A stretch of 64,000 nt of DNA from Candidatus Fermentibacterota bacterium. Its GTDB lineage: Bacteria; Fermentibacterota; Fermentibacteria; Fermentibacterales; Fermentibacteraceae. The stretch covers positions 1,479,904 to 1,543,903 of the forward strand of contig OY970370.1 in the NCBI GenBank assembly GCA_963718745.1, given 5' to 3'. The translations under genes and the position numbers were made by a program. Shown piece by piece: positions 45,899 to 56,215 of this stretch (position 1 is the stretch's first letter; every line of letters starts with the position of its first letter). Under the pieces are notes generated by a model. That model was not told the origin of the DNA, made no database searches, and saw only the letters and a program-made list of their open reading frames with translations.

Positions 45899-47263
45899 AT
45901 GCGTGAAAAGCTCAGGAGCATGGTCTCGAAGGAGCCCGCCGACTTCGCGGACATCCGGTACGAGATCAGACGCCAGACCGTCGTCTCCTTCAGCGGCAGG
46001 GAGATCAAGCAGGTGAACGCAAGCGCCACGGACGGCTATGTCGTCAGGGCTCTTCGCGGTACCGGATTCTCCTCCGCGGTTGTCACGAAGGAGGAGGACG
46101 TCCCCAGGGCGCTGAAGCTGTCCTGCGAGGGTGCATCCACGATGATGAAGTTCGGCGGCAAGAAGATAGAGCTTGCCCCCGTTCCCGTGATCGAGGACGA
46201 CGTGGAAGCGGTGCTCGATGTTGATCCGAGGAAGATCCCCATATCGCAGAAGATCTCCACCGCGAGGGCCTACAACGATCTGATGCTCTCCCAGCCGGGC
46301 ATAGCGACGACCAATGTCGCCTATCACGAGGTCTGCCGCGAGAAGTTCTACGTCAACTCCGAGGGGACGGCCATACGCGAGGAGCTGGTGACGGTGGCCG
46401 TGGCTGGAGAGGTGATCGCCAGGAAGGGGGATCTCCTGCAGAACATCCGGGTCGCGGTCGGCGGCTCGAACGGGTGGAGGTCTCTCGAGGGCAGGGAGGA
46501 AGTCTTCCTCCAGAGGGCCGGCCTGGCCGGCCGGCTGCTCGATGCCGAGCCCGTGAAGGGCGGCACGTACGACGTGATCCTCAACCCGAGCATGGCGGGC
46601 GTCTTCACGCACGAGGCCTTCGGCCACTTCAGCGAAGCCGACATCATCGAGGACAATCCCTCCATGCGCGAGAGGATGGCGATCGGATCCGTCCTCGGGT
46701 CCAGGGCGGTCAGCATGGTCGCCGATTCCACCATGCCCTCCCAGCTCGGCTACTACAGGTACGACGACGAGGGTGTCGCCGTAAGGCGCGTGCAGCTCAT
46801 CAAGGAAGGCGTCCTCACCGGCAGGCTCCATTCCAGGGCGACGGCCGCCGCGTTCGGCGAAGCCCCCACGGGGCACGACGTCGCGGAAGACTACAGGTAC
46901 GAGCCCATCGTGAGGATGGGTACGATATTCATCGAGCCCGGAACCGTGAGCGTCGACGACCTGTTCGCCTCCCTGGGGAACGGGCTCTACCTCCTCGATG
47001 CGAAGGGCGGGCAGACCAGCGGCGAGAACTTCACCTTCGGAGCGCAGTACGGCTTCGTCGTGGAAAACGGCAGGATCGGCCCCATGGTCAGGGACATCAA
47101 CATCATGGGCAACCTCTTCAGCACTCTCGGGAACATCAGGCAGGCCGCATCCGACTTCGAGCTGTCGGAGCGCGGCGGGTGCGGGAAGGGCCAGACCAAC
47201 ATCAAATCGAACTACGGCGGCCCGCATGTGCTCATCTCGGGCATGGTAGTGGGGGGTGTGTGA
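45899..47263 (+). CDS. tldD: metalloprotease TldD
   Basis: HEAFGH motif, GG.TSGENFTFG C-terminal region; RBS GGGAGGAG. Confidence 0.85.
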   Translation: MREKLRSMVSKEPADFADIRYEIRRQTVVSFSGREIKQVNASATDGYVVRALRGTGFSSAVVTKEEDVPRALKLSCEGASTMMKFGGKKIELAPVPVIEDDVEAVLDVDPRKIPISQKISTARAYNDLMLSQPGIATTNVAYHEVCREKFYVNSEGTAIREELVTVAVAGEVIARKGDLLQNIRVAVGGSNGWRSLEGREEVFLQRAGLAGRLLDAEPVKGGTYDVILNPSMAGVFTHEAFGHFSEADIIEDNPSMRERMAIGSVLGSRAVSMVADSTMPSQLGYYRYDDEGVAVRRVQLIKEGVLTGRLHSRATAAAFGEAPTGHDVAEDYRYEPIVRMGTIFIEPGTVSVDDLFASLGNGLYLLDAKGGQTSGENFTFGAQYGFVVENGRIGPMVRDINIMGNLFSTLGNIRQAASDFELSERGGCGKGQTNIKSNYGGPHVLISGMVVGGV

Positions 47264-48567
47264 TGGAGAAACTCCTTCAGATGGCGATGGATGCCGCGGA
47301 CCAGGCCGAGGTCTTCTACCAGGAGTCGAACCAGACTTCCCTGTCGATGCGGAACGGCTCCGTCACCGAGATGTCGACATCGATGAACTCGGGCTATTCC
47401 CTCAGGCTGATCCGGCAGGGGATCCTCGGCACCGCCTACACCCAGAACCTCATCGATCGCAGGGATCTGCTCTCCAACGCAATAGCATCCATGGAAGGCG
47501 GGGTGGACGCAGGCTACAGGTTCCCGGAACCCCATGAGCCCGTCCAGCTGGACACGCTTCATCGCTCGGTCGAGGACCTGAGCTATTCGGACGCCGTCGC
47601 CTCCTGCAGGCACGCCCTCGAGAAGCTCTCCGGCAGGGTTTCAGGCCAGATCGACAGCAGGAGCGGGTTCTACCGCTCGTTCACCCGGATCATCAACTCG
47701 AACTCGATGGACGTATCCTCTTCGAAGGGCGGCTTCTACATCGGAACCGACGTCCTCTTCCCCGGCACGGAGACATCCATCGGAGAGTTCTGCCATTTCC
47801 TGGACAAAGGCGATATCCCGGACGAGAGGCTCGACGAGCTCGTCGACCTCTACTCGCGGGGCCTCCCTGAAGTTGATGCGCCCACCGGGCGGATGAAGGT
47901 CCTCTTCCACCCCGATGCCATGAACACGCTCACCTGGAGGCTGCGGTCGGCCCTCAGCGCCCGGTCCTTCTACTACGGCACCTCTCCGCTCATGGACAGG
48001 CTGGGCGAGAAGGTCCTCTCCGAGAAGATCACGTTCTTCGACGACCCCCACGCCGGAGGCGCGATGGGCGCCACGGCAGTCGACGACGAGGGCATGCCGA
48101 CTCATCTGCTCTCCATGATCGAGGGCGGGGTCTTCAGGAACCGCTACACCAACCTGGACTACGCCGTCCGGCTGGGCATCGAGCCGACCGGCAACGGCTA
48201 CCGCGGAGGCGACGCCATCGCCGGCCTGCCTGCCGCGGACCTGGCAGTCGAGTCGCTGGCCACGGGGGATGCGAGCTTCGCAGAGATGATATCCTCCATC
48301 GACGAGGGCGTGATCATCCTGGGCGCGCTGGGCGCGCATTCCGGGAACATCCTGAACGGCGACTTCTCCGTGGGCATGAACCCGGGCCTTCTGGTCAGGG
48401 ACGGCCTCGTCGTTGGCCGGGTCCGTGACGGGATGGTGGCCGGGAACGTATGGGACGTCCTCCAGAGGGTCGTCTCGGTGGAGAACACCATCCACAATCC
48501 GGCGGGCTGGGCCAGGTATCCGAGCGTGCTCCTCGAGGGGGTGAGCGTCTCGGCCAGGCGGGCCTGA
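47263..48567 (+). CDS. pmbA: metalloprotease PmbA/TldE
   Basis: TldD/PmbA family second subunit; start overlaps tldD stop (TGATG). Confidence 0.8.
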   Translation: MEKLLQMAMDAADQAEVFYQESNQTSLSMRNGSVTEMSTSMNSGYSLRLIRQGILGTAYTQNLIDRRDLLSNAIASMEGGVDAGYRFPEPHEPVQLDTLHRSVEDLSYSDAVASCRHALEKLSGRVSGQIDSRSGFYRSFTRIINSNSMDVSSSKGGFYIGTDVLFPGTETSIGEFCHFLDKGDIPDERLDELVDLYSRGLPEVDAPTGRMKVLFHPDAMNTLTWRLRSALSARSFYYGTSPLMDRLGEKVLSEKITFFDDPHAGGAMGATAVDDEGMPTHLLSMIEGGVFRNRYTNLDYAVRLGIEPTGNGYRGGDAIAGLPAADLAVESLATGDASFAEMISSIDEGVIILGALGAHSGNILNGDFSVGMNPGLLVRDGLVVGRVRDGMVAGNVWDVLQRVVSVENTIHNPAGWARYPSVLLEGVSVSARRA

Positions 48568-48724
48568 TGCCGCGCCAGGTTGACGCAACCCGGGGGAGTG
48601 CTTGTTTGAATCTGCTGTCCTGCTTCAGTATGCAGCGTCGGTTCTGCTGGCAAGGCCGTTGCTACTCCATGTGGCGGAAAGCCGGACTGGACGGCTTGGA
48701 TACTGAAGGAGGAGGAGAAGAGAA

Positions 48725-49168
48725 ATGGCAAACCTGCCGGACAGAAGACGCGAGAGATACCTCACCCCCGTGGACTGGGCGAGCTACACCATGAACAGGA
48801 TGCTCGAGGACTTCTTCCCGGGCAACTCGAACGGCTTCGACTGGATCCCCGCCGTCGACGTGATCGAGACGAAGGACACGATCGAGGTCAGGCTCGAGCT
48901 TCCGGGGCTCTGCAAGGAGGAGATCGAGATACAGGTCTCCAACGGCGTGCTGACGATCAAGGGCGAGAAGAAGGAGGCGAAGGAGGAGAAGGTCGAGAAG
49001 CGCTACCACCACCGTGAGATGCGCTATGGCTCCTTCGTGCGCTCCATCGCCCTGCCGGTCGACGTGAAGGCCGAGGAGGCCAACGCCCAGTGCAGGGACG
49101 GCGTCCTCTCCATCGTCCTCCCCAAGGAGGACAGGGCGATCCACAAGAAGATCGAGATCCAGGGCTGA
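48725..49168 (+). CDS. small heat-shock protein Hsp20/alpha-crystallin family
   Basis: alpha-crystallin domain ...PAVDVIETKDTIEVRLELPG...GVLTIKGEK...GSFVRSIALP. Confidence 0.85.
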   Translation: MANLPDRRRERYLTPVDWASYTMNRMLEDFFPGNSNGFDWIPAVDVIETKDTIEVRLELPGLCKEEIEIQVSNGVLTIKGEKKEAKEEKVEKRYHHREMRYGSFVRSIALPVDVKAEEANAQCRDGVLSIVLPKEDRAIHKKIEIQG

Positions 49169-49300
49169 TCCGGGTTCCCCGATCACGGGGAGCCGCAGGG
49201 GCCGCCTCTGGGCGGCCCCTTTCCGTCTGCTTCCACCTCCCGGCGCTCGAAGGCATGTTCAGGGTTCCGGAAGCTTCTTCCGGTGAACACGGGGGGTAGG

Positions 49301-49873
49301 ATGGACCTTTTCGATCTCTGCACCAGGGCAAGGACCGTCAGGCGCTTCAGGGAGGCGCTCGGAGCGGATCCTGCAACCATCCTCGAACTGGTCGAGGCCG
49401 CGGGGATGGCTCCGTGCGCGGCGAACCTCCAGGAGCTGCGCTACATGATCGTGCTGGAGAACAGCCGCAGGGAAGCCCTCTTCCCGCTCCTGTCATGGGC
49501 AGGCTATCTCGAGGACTGGCCCGGACCCGTGGAGGGCGAGAGACCCGCCGGGTACGTCGTCATCCTGGTTCCGTCGGAGGAGAAGCCGTACACCAGGATA
49601 GACGCCGGGATCGCGGCGGGTTACATCACCCTCGACGCATCTGCCCACGGCCTCGGCGCCTGCATCCTGATGAGCTTCGACTCTCAGCGGATGCACTCTC
49701 TGCTGGGGGCTCCCGAAGGCCTGAAGCCCCTTCTGGTGATAGCGCTGGGAGAGCCCGCAGAGGAGGTCGTGCTCGAGACGGTCGGACCGGACGGAGGAGT
49801 GGAGTACTGGCGCGATGGGCAAGGCGTGCATCATGTTCCCAAGCGAGCAGTTTCGGATCTGATCGTCACCTGA
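49301..49873 (+). CDS. nitroreductase family protein
   Basis: nitroreductase fold (RTVRRF...; GYITLDASAHGLGACI); start after GGGGGGTAGG. Confidence 0.7.
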   Translation: MDLFDLCTRARTVRRFREALGADPATILELVEAAGMAPCAANLQELRYMIVLENSRREALFPLLSWAGYLEDWPGPVEGERPAGYVVILVPSEEKPYTRIDAGIAAGYITLDASAHGLGACILMSFDSQRMHSLLGAPEGLKPLLVIALGEPAEEVVLETVGPDGGVEYWRDGQGVHHVPKRAVSDLIVT

Positions 49874-49889
49874 CCCACGGAGGTTCCCA

Positions 49890-51143
49890 ATGCTATCCGC
49901 CCAGGACTATTCAGCAAGACGGGCCGCGCTGATGGGCAGGCTCCCGGAACGCAGCCTCGCAGTCATACCTCCCTCGAGCGTGAAGCACTCGAGCGCCGAC
50001 GCGGTGCACCCGTATGTCCCGTCGAGGAACCTCTTCTATCTCACCGGGATGACCCAGGAGAACACATGGCTCGTACTGTGCCGCACCCCCTCCGGTGATA
50101 TCCAGGAGACGCTCTTCACGGATCCGTTCGATCCGCTGTACGAGAAGTGGTGGGGCAGGAAGCTGACGCCGGAGGAGGCCTCGACCACCTCGGGGATCAG
50201 GGACGTCAGGACCGACCAGGCCTGGAAGAGGCACCTGGACGGCATGATGCTGCGCAACGGCGTCGAGCGCGTTTACGTAGACTATCCGGCAAGCGGCCTG
50301 GAGACCCCCCGGGGGGAAAGGCAGCGATTCGCCGGGAAACTGGCGAAGGCCTGGCCCGACAGGGCTCACGGGCGCCTCTCCCCGCACATACATGCGATGA
50401 GGATGATCAAGGACGAGAAGGAGATCGAGCTCATCCGCGAGGCCGCCCGGATCACCGGGGAGGCTTTCGGAGCCGTCCTCTCGATCCTCCGCCCCGGCAT
50501 CAGGGAGTATGCCGTCGAGGCCGAGATAATGAAGACCATGATCGCCGCCGGCGCAAGGGACGCCTTCCCTGTGATAGCCGCGGGCGGTGGAAGAGCGACC
50601 TGCCTGCACTACACGAGCAATGATGCAGTGCTCGAAGAAGGCGAACTGCTCCTCATCGACTTCGGAGCAGCATGGGAGCTTTACAGTTCGGACATCACAC
50701 GGACGGTCCCTGTGAGCGGCAGATACTCCGGCAGGCAGCGCGAGCTGGTCGATATCGTGCTGGACACACAGAAGGACGCGATACGCCTTCTCACGCCCGG
50801 CAAGACGCATTCCGCCTGGAACCTGGAGGTCGCGGCGGCATATGCCGAGAGGCTCGCATCCGCAGGGGTGATCCCCGACCCTGCATCCATCGACACCGTC
50901 TACTACCACCGGACGGGGCACCACCTCGGACTGGACACTCATGACGAAGCGGTCCCGGATGCACCGATCGCACCCGGGATGGTCTTCACAGTGGAGCCAG
51001 GGCTCTACATCGCTGCGGAGTCGACCGGGATCAGGATCGAGGACGACGTGCTGGTGGGGGCGGACGGTTGCGTCATCCTCTCGGAGACAATCCCGAGGAC
51101 CCCGGACGAGATCGAAGCCCGGATGGGCCGGATGAAGGGATGA
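49890..51143 (+). CDS. pepP: Xaa-Pro aminopeptidase (M24B)
   Basis: creatinase N-domain + M24 motifs DFGAAWELYSSDITRT, HRTGHHLGLDTHD, EPGLYI. Confidence 0.8.
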   Translation: MLSAQDYSARRAALMGRLPERSLAVIPPSSVKHSSADAVHPYVPSRNLFYLTGMTQENTWLVLCRTPSGDIQETLFTDPFDPLYEKWWGRKLTPEEASTTSGIRDVRTDQAWKRHLDGMMLRNGVERVYVDYPASGLETPRGERQRFAGKLAKAWPDRAHGRLSPHIHAMRMIKDEKEIELIREAARITGEAFGAVLSILRPGIREYAVEAEIMKTMIAAGARDAFPVIAAGGGRATCLHYTSNDAVLEEGELLLIDFGAAWELYSSDITRTVPVSGRYSGRQRELVDIVLDTQKDAIRLLTPGKTHSAWNLEVAAAYAERLASAGVIPDPASIDTVYYHRTGHHLGLDTHDEAVPDAPIAPGMVFTVEPGLYIAAESTGIRIEDDVLVGADGCVILSETIPRTPDEIEARMGRMKG

Positions 51144-51604
51144 TCCCGGACCGGGAGCTCATGGAGATGGCCCTCGAGGAGGCCCGTTTCGCCATGCTCG
51201 AGGACGAGGTCCCGGTGGGAGCGGTCCTTGCAATGCCGGACGGGCGCATCTACCGGGCTCACAACACGACGTCCGCCTCGCGCCTGCCTCAGGCGCACGC
51301 CGAACTCCTCGCCATAGAAGCCGCCGCCCGCGGGACGGGTGACTGGCGCCTCGAAGGCTCCGTCCTCGCGACCACGGTCGAGCCCTGTCTCATGTGCGGC
51401 GGCCTGTGCGTGCTGGCGCGGGTGGGGAGGATAGTCTACGGGGCTCCCGATCCCCGCTTCGGAGCCTTCGGATCGGTGGCCGACATTCTCGGCATGCAGG
51501 GGCTGAACCACTATCCGGAGGTGTCCGGAGGGCTCCTCGGAGACGAGGCGGCCGGGATGATGCAGTCATTCTTCAGGATGAGGCGCACGGCGCCCGCGAT
51601 CTAG
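51140..51604 (+). CDS. tadA: tRNA-specific adenosine deaminase
   Basis: HAE...PCLMCGG zinc-binding CDA motifs; 4-nt overlap with pepP. Confidence 0.8.
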   Translation: MIPDRELMEMALEEARFAMLEDEVPVGAVLAMPDGRIYRAHNTTSASRLPQAHAELLAIEAAARGTGDWRLEGSVLATTVEPCLMCGGLCVLARVGRIVYGAPDPRFGAFGSVADILGMQGLNHYPEVSGGLLGDEAAGMMQSFFRMRRTAPAI

Positions 51605-51619
51605 CAACGGGAGGCGACC

Positions 51620-52024
51620 ATGGCAAAGTTCGTTCCGGATCCGGGGGAGAAAGTTGTCAAGTCCGGCACCATCAGCACTCTGCAGGGATCGAAGATGAAG
51701 TTCCCGGTGTACTCCGGATTCTGCCTGACCGACCGCAGGTTCGTCTGGCACGACATGGGCAGGTGGGCTTTCCTCCAGAGCCAGGGGGCGCTGTGGATGC
51801 TGCTGGTGAAGGGCAAGCCGGTCTCCATGCCGTATTCCGAGCTGAAGATAACCCACGGCAAGTATGCGATGAACAAGGACCTGCTGCTCTTCTCCACCCC
51901 GGACGGCCGCGGGGTCCTGGTGTCCAGGAGGGAGAAGACGCTCCAGATGTTGAAAGAGGCCCTGGGTCTGGCCGGTATCAGCCTGGTGCAGAACTCATCC
52001 GAGGAGTGGTGCATCCGCGCATAG
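51620..52024 (+). CDS. hypothetical protein (bacterial PH-like fold?)
   Basis: 134-aa ORF in operon-like spacing; no strong family call. Confidence 0.4.
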   Translation: MAKFVPDPGEKVVKSGTISTLQGSKMKFPVYSGFCLTDRRFVWHDMGRWAFLQSQGALWMLLVKGKPVSMPYSELKITHGKYAMNKDLLLFSTPDGRGVLVSRREKTLQMLKEALGLAGISLVQNSSEEWCIRA

Positions 52025-52066
52025 GTCGGACCCGGGCGGAAGCGTGACCTGGGACGGAGGTGGGAC

Positions 52067-52951
52067 ATGGACGGCAATCTCTCGCCCGAGGAGGAACGGG
52101 TGATCGTCCGGGGGGGAACCGAGCCGCCCTTCTCCGGCCGATACTGCGATCACTTCGAGGAGGGCACCTATCTCTGCCGCAGGTGCGGTGCCGCCCTCTT
52201 CCCTTCCGTCAGCAAGTTCCACTCCGGATGCGGCTGGCCTTCCTTCGACGACTCGATTCCCGGCGCTGTCGACCGCAGGCCGGACCCCGACGGGGTCAGG
52301 GTGGAGATAACCTGCGCAGCATGCGGAGCCCATCTCGGCCATGTGTTCAGGGGCGAGGGCTTCACCCCCAGGGAAACCCGGCACTGCGTGAACTCCCTTT
52401 CCATGACATTCGAGCCGTCGTCATCCCCGCCGGCAGACACCCCGGTCACGAGCGGGAGGGCGGTCTTCGCAGGAGGCTGCTTCTGGGGGATGGAGCAGCA
52501 GTTCAGGGCGCATCCCGGCGTCATCGGGACTACGGTCGGCTACACCGGTGGCGGCGAGCCCGATCCCACATACGAACTGGTCTGCTCTGGCGCGACGGAC
52601 CACGCCGAGGCGATAGAAGTCCTCTTCGATCAGTCGATTACGAACTTCACCGAACTCGCCCGGCTGTTCTTCGAGATCCACGACCCGACGCAGAGGGACG
52701 GCCAGGGACCCGACAGGGGCCGCCAGTACCGGTCCGCCGTCTTCTACACGGATGAGGCACAGAAAAAGGAAGCGGAGAGACTTGTCGGAATCCTCATCGG
52801 CAGAGGTTTCGCCGTTGTCACGGAGATTGTCCCGGCCGGGCTCTTCTGGCCTGCCGAGGACTACCATCAGGACTACTATCTGAAGACCGGCGGAAGGTCA
52901 TTCTGCCATGTCAGGCGGGACCGGTTCGGCGACTCGCTCCGGGAAGGGTGA
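52067..52951 (+). CDS. msrAB: bifunctional methionine sulfoxide reductase MsrB-MsrA
   Basis: N-terminal MsrB (CRRCGAALF...GCGWPSF...CAACGAHLGHVF...RHCVNS), C-terminal MsrA (AVFAGGCFWGME). Confidence 0.85.
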   Translation: MDGNLSPEEERVIVRGGTEPPFSGRYCDHFEEGTYLCRRCGAALFPSVSKFHSGCGWPSFDDSIPGAVDRRPDPDGVRVEITCAACGAHLGHVFRGEGFTPRETRHCVNSLSMTFEPSSSPPADTPVTSGRAVFAGGCFWGMEQQFRAHPGVIGTTVGYTGGGEPDPTYELVCSGATDHAEAIEVLFDQSITNFTELARLFFEIHDPTQRDGQGPDRGRQYRSAVFYTDEAQKKEAERLVGILIGRGFAVVTEIVPAGLFWPAEDYHQDYYLKTGGRSFCHVRRDRFGDSLREG

Positions 52952-53952
52952 CCATGACTCTGCCATACCTCCTCGTGACGTTCCTGCTGGCAGGATCCAC
53001 TTCGAACGGGATCGGACCGGACGCTGGAGCCTATGTAAGAGAGTGCGTCGACCATGCAATCCTCAGGGGGATCGAGGACCTCCCCGACTCGCTGCTCCCG
53101 CCTGGTTTCGACGATCTCCTGATCGTGCCCGAGGAAGAGTACTGGGAGGATGCCGTCCTGCATCTGGTGGGAGCGGGTGAGGACACGACGGATTTCGGGC
53201 TGTTCGAGTATGGCGGGATGTACAATCCGGCCAAGACCGACTGGAACTGGGACGCGGAACAGGAGCTCGTGGAGGTGTACTCCCAGATGCCCGGCAGCGC
53301 CTTTTCGTTCTGGGCCGAGTACACGCTCATGGCGGACCCTCCGGCTCTGGTGCTCCTCCGGGAGGGAACGGTCGATCCCTCGCAGGACGCTGTGACAGCC
53401 GCATGGAATCTTATCGACCAGGGGATGATCGCCCAGGCGATCGAAACCCTCTCCATGATCTTCTACCCCCAGAACTACTTCGAGCCGGAGGAGATGGGGG
53501 CGGCTCTGCTGGCGAGGAGCCACGAGCTCGCACTCGGCTTCTACCGGGAAGGCGACGGGATGGCCGCATGCTCCGTGATGACCGTGGTATTCGAGAACGA
53601 TTACCTGTTCAACCTGGATTACAGCTGGATACTGGATTGCTACTCTGAGGAGGAGTATCAGGCCGGAGACTATTCCGAGCGCATGCCCTTCGACGAAGCT
53701 CTCGTAATCGCCAACGACTACGGATTCTTCCTCCTCGAGGCGGGGTCCACCTCGGAAGCCCTGCCCCTGCTCCGCCATGTCGTAGCGCTGGATCCATGCA
53801 GGGCGGTCGCACGCCTGAACATGGCCGACGCCCTCTGGGCGCTGGGCCGGTTCGGCGAGGCCAGACCCCAGTATGGAGAATACCTCAGGCTGCTGGACGA
53901 TGATGGTCTGCTCGACCGCGCCCCTGCCCGCGCATTCGAGAGAGGGGACTGA
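52948..53952 (+). CDS. hypothetical secreted protein with TPR-like C-terminus
   Basis: signal peptide MTMTLPYLLVTFLLAGS; helical repeats near C-terminus; antisense ORF rejected. Confidence 0.4.
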   Translation: MTMTLPYLLVTFLLAGSTSNGIGPDAGAYVRECVDHAILRGIEDLPDSLLPPGFDDLLIVPEEEYWEDAVLHLVGAGEDTTDFGLFEYGGMYNPAKTDWNWDAEQELVEVYSQMPGSAFSFWAEYTLMADPPALVLLREGTVDPSQDAVTAAWNLIDQGMIAQAIETLSMIFYPQNYFEPEEMGAALLARSHELALGFYREGDGMAACSVMTVVFENDYLFNLDYSWILDCYSEEEYQAGDYSERMPFDEALVIANDYGFFLLEAGSTSEALPLLRHVVALDPCRAVARLNMADALWALGRFGEARPQYGEYLRLLDDDGLLDRAPARAFERGD

Positions 53953-54473
53953 TGCCCGCAGCAGGCGGACCGGCACCCCTCGACGGATACTGCGGGCTCT
54001 ACTGCGGAGCGTGCGAAGTGCTGAGAGCCGTACGCGACGGCACCGTGGAGGAGGCGGCCAGGGCTTTCGGCGTGGACCCGAAGGATGTCCGCTGCGAGGG
54101 TTGCAGGTCCGGGGATGTGTTCTGCAACTGCGAGAGTTGCGCCATGAGGGCCTGTGCTTCCTCCCGGGGCTTCGAGTTCTGCAGCGGGTGCGGGGACTTC
54201 CCCTGCGGCGAGTACGAAAGGGTCGCCTCTTTCGGCAAGAGGCTCCCGACGCATTTCATGATCACGATGAAGAACCTGTCCGAGATCCGGGAGAAGGGCG
54301 CGGAAGAGTGGAGGCGTCTTCAGGTGGAGAGATGGGCCTGCCCCTCGTGCGGAGCCCCGTTCTCCTGGTATGCCGTAAACTGCGCGTGCGGCTGCGACCT
54401 GCAAGGCAGGAAGGACTGGGAGATGCTCTCGGAGGAGGACACCGCCTTCTTCCGCGGGAAGGATCGGTTTTAA
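53952..54473 (+). CDS. DUF3795 family cysteine-rich protein
   Basis: YCGLYCGACEV...CEGCRSGDVFCNCESCAMRAC... Cys pattern of DUF3795; last 4 codons + stop lie inside the 27-bp AT-rich repeat. Confidence 0.6.
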   Translation: MPAAGGPAPLDGYCGLYCGACEVLRAVRDGTVEEAARAFGVDPKDVRCEGCRSGDVFCNCESCAMRACASSRGFEFCSGCGDFPCGEYERVASFGKRLPTHFMITMKNLSEIREKGAEEWRRLQVERWACPSCGAPFSWYAVNCACGCDLQGRKDWEMLSEEDTAFFRGKDRF

Positions 54474-54487
54474 CTATTGATCCTAAC
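54461..54487 (+). repeat. AT-rich 27-bp palindromic repeat, copy 3 (identical to 26481 copy)
   Basis: GGATCGGTTTTAACTATTGATCCTAAC. Confidence 0.7.
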
Positions 54488-54567
54488 TCGCCGAACAGCT
54501 CCGACCACGCGCTGGCTCGAACGCGCATCGCATTCTCTGATCGAGGCTTGCAGCCCCCCCGTCGAAG

Positions 54568-55602
54568 CTACAGGAAAAGGCTGCTCAGGCTCTGCCCGGA
54601 GTGTATCCGCTTGATCGCCTCGGCGAAAACAGGGGCGACCGACACCGTTTCGATCTTGGTGACCGGACCCCCGACGACCTCGGCTGCTGCCACGGGATCG
54701 AACTCGATCGTATCGGTGATGAAGAGCCGCGTGATCGGGCTCTCCTCTATCAGCTTCACCGCCTGCCCCGAGAGGACGCCGTGTGTCACGAACGCGAACA
54801 CCTCCTCCGCGCCGCGGTCCCTGGCCGTCTCGGCCGAGAGTACTATGCTGCGCCCGGAGAGGATCTCGTCGTCGCACATGATCACGGTGCGGTTCTCGAT
54901 GTTGTCTACCCCCTCGACGGACCTGACGTGCGGCCTTTCCGAGTCATCGAAGCGGACCTTCTTCACGTAGCCGGTCACCACTTCGGGTGAACCGCCGGCC
55001 TCCTTGATGGCGCGGGACACATAGACCGCCATGGCGTCGTTCTCGAGGATGCTGCCCGAGTCCGGAGCCAGGAATGCTATCCGCTCCCTGCCCAGCTCGA
55101 GGATCTTCTTCATGAATGTTCCCTGGGCATGGAGCTGGTCCACCGGGATGTTGCTGAATCCCTGGCTCTGGGGGCAGTGAAGGGTCATGGTCAGCACCCG
55201 CCCGGCCCCGACTGCAGCCATCATGTCGAACATCATCTTGGCCGATATCGCGATGCGGGGCTTGTCCTTCTTGTCGCTCCGGGCGTAGGGGAAGTAGGGC
55301 GTCACCGCCGTTATCCTCCCGGCGCTGTCCCGTATCGCATAGATCATCTGGAGCATCTCTATGATGTCCCCGGAGACCTTGCCGAAGGCCTTGCTCCTGT
55401 CCTGGAAGGTCGATCTCTCGCCGGACTGGATCACGAAGACGTCCTTCTCGCGGACGGTTCCTCCGACGAAGTTCACCATCAGGTTCCCGTTGGAGAACTC
55501 GACGAACTCGACGGGCTCGGGCTCGACCCCGAGCAGTTCGCAGATCCTTCTTGTGAGAGCCTCGCTGGCCCTTCCGGAACAGATCGCAATGTTCCCGAAC
55601 AT
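54568..55602 (-). CDS. prs: ribose-phosphate pyrophosphokinase family protein
   Basis: LTMTLHCPQSQGFSNIPVDQLHAQG and VIMCDDEILSGRS PRPP-binding loop; start ATG 55602 after GGAGG. Confidence 0.65.
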   Translation of the reverse strand: MFGNIAICSGRASEALTRRICELLGVEPEPVEFVEFSNGNLMVNFVGGTVREKDVFVIQSGERSTFQDRSKAFGKVSGDIIEMLQMIYAIRDSAGRITAVTPYFPYARSDKKDKPRIAISAKMMFDMMAAVGAGRVLTMTLHCPQSQGFSNIPVDQLHAQGTFMKKILELGRERIAFLAPDSGSILENDAMAVYVSRAIKEAGGSPEVVTGYVKKVRFDDSERPHVRSVEGVDNIENRTVIMCDDEILSGRSIVLSAETARDRGAEEVFAFVTHGVLSGQAVKLIEESPITRLFITDTIEFDPVAAAEVVGGPVTKIETVSVAPVFAEAIKRIHSGQSLSSLFL

Positions 55603-55780
55603 GTAAAGACCTCCGGAAGAACAGCTTTGCTGAAAAGTCGGAACGAGTGGGTGATCGTACGTGGGGAATATGTCAGGCTGGCACTCCAGGGGAAAGCGCC
55701 GCGTCTTGACTTGCCGTCGGGGGTTTAGTTGATTCCGCAGGACCGTCTTGTTTCCAACAAAGCAACCGGAGGCGCTACGG

Positions 55781-56197
55781 ATGGGTGACAGGAAGATCAG
55801 GATTCTGATCGCCAAGCCCGGCCTCGACGGGCACGACCGAGGCGCGAAATACATCGCCCGGGCCCTTCGTGACGCAGGGATGGAAGTCGTCTATACCGGA
55901 ATCAGGCAGACACCCGAGGCCATCGCCGCCGCGGCGATCCAGGAGGATGTTGATTTCGTGGGGCTCTCCCTGCTTTCAGGGGCTCACAACCACCTGTTCC
56001 CGGAGGTCGCCCGTATCCTGGCGGACCGCGGAGCCGCAGACATCGTCCTATTCGGCGGTGGAGTCATCCCGGACGAGGACATACCGGGTCTCGAGGCGGC
56101 CGGCTTCAGGGCCATCTTCACCCCGGGCACCCCGGCTTCGGAAGTGATAGAGTTCGTCGAGAAGGAGTTCGCAGCCCGAACCGGAAACAGGGCCTGA
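55781..56197 (+). CDS. methylmalonyl-CoA mutase B12-binding (small/C-terminal) subunit
   Basis: cobalamin-binding [25 protein letters not shown] motif; 139 aa stand-alone. Confidence 0.75.
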   Translation: MGDRKIRILIAKPGLDGHDRGAKYIARALRDAGMEVVYTGIRQTPEAIAAAAIQEDVDFVGLSLLSGAHNHLFPEVARILADRGAADIVLFGGGVIPDEDIPGLEAAGFRAIFTPGTPASEVIEFVEKEFAARTGNRA

Positions 56198-56215
56198 CCG
56201 GAGCCGGAGGTTTGC

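Noticed and set aside
45851-47227. 458-aa minus-strand ORF antisense to tldD
   Set aside because: Antisense artefact. tldD on the plus strand carries the HEAFGH motif and an RBS.
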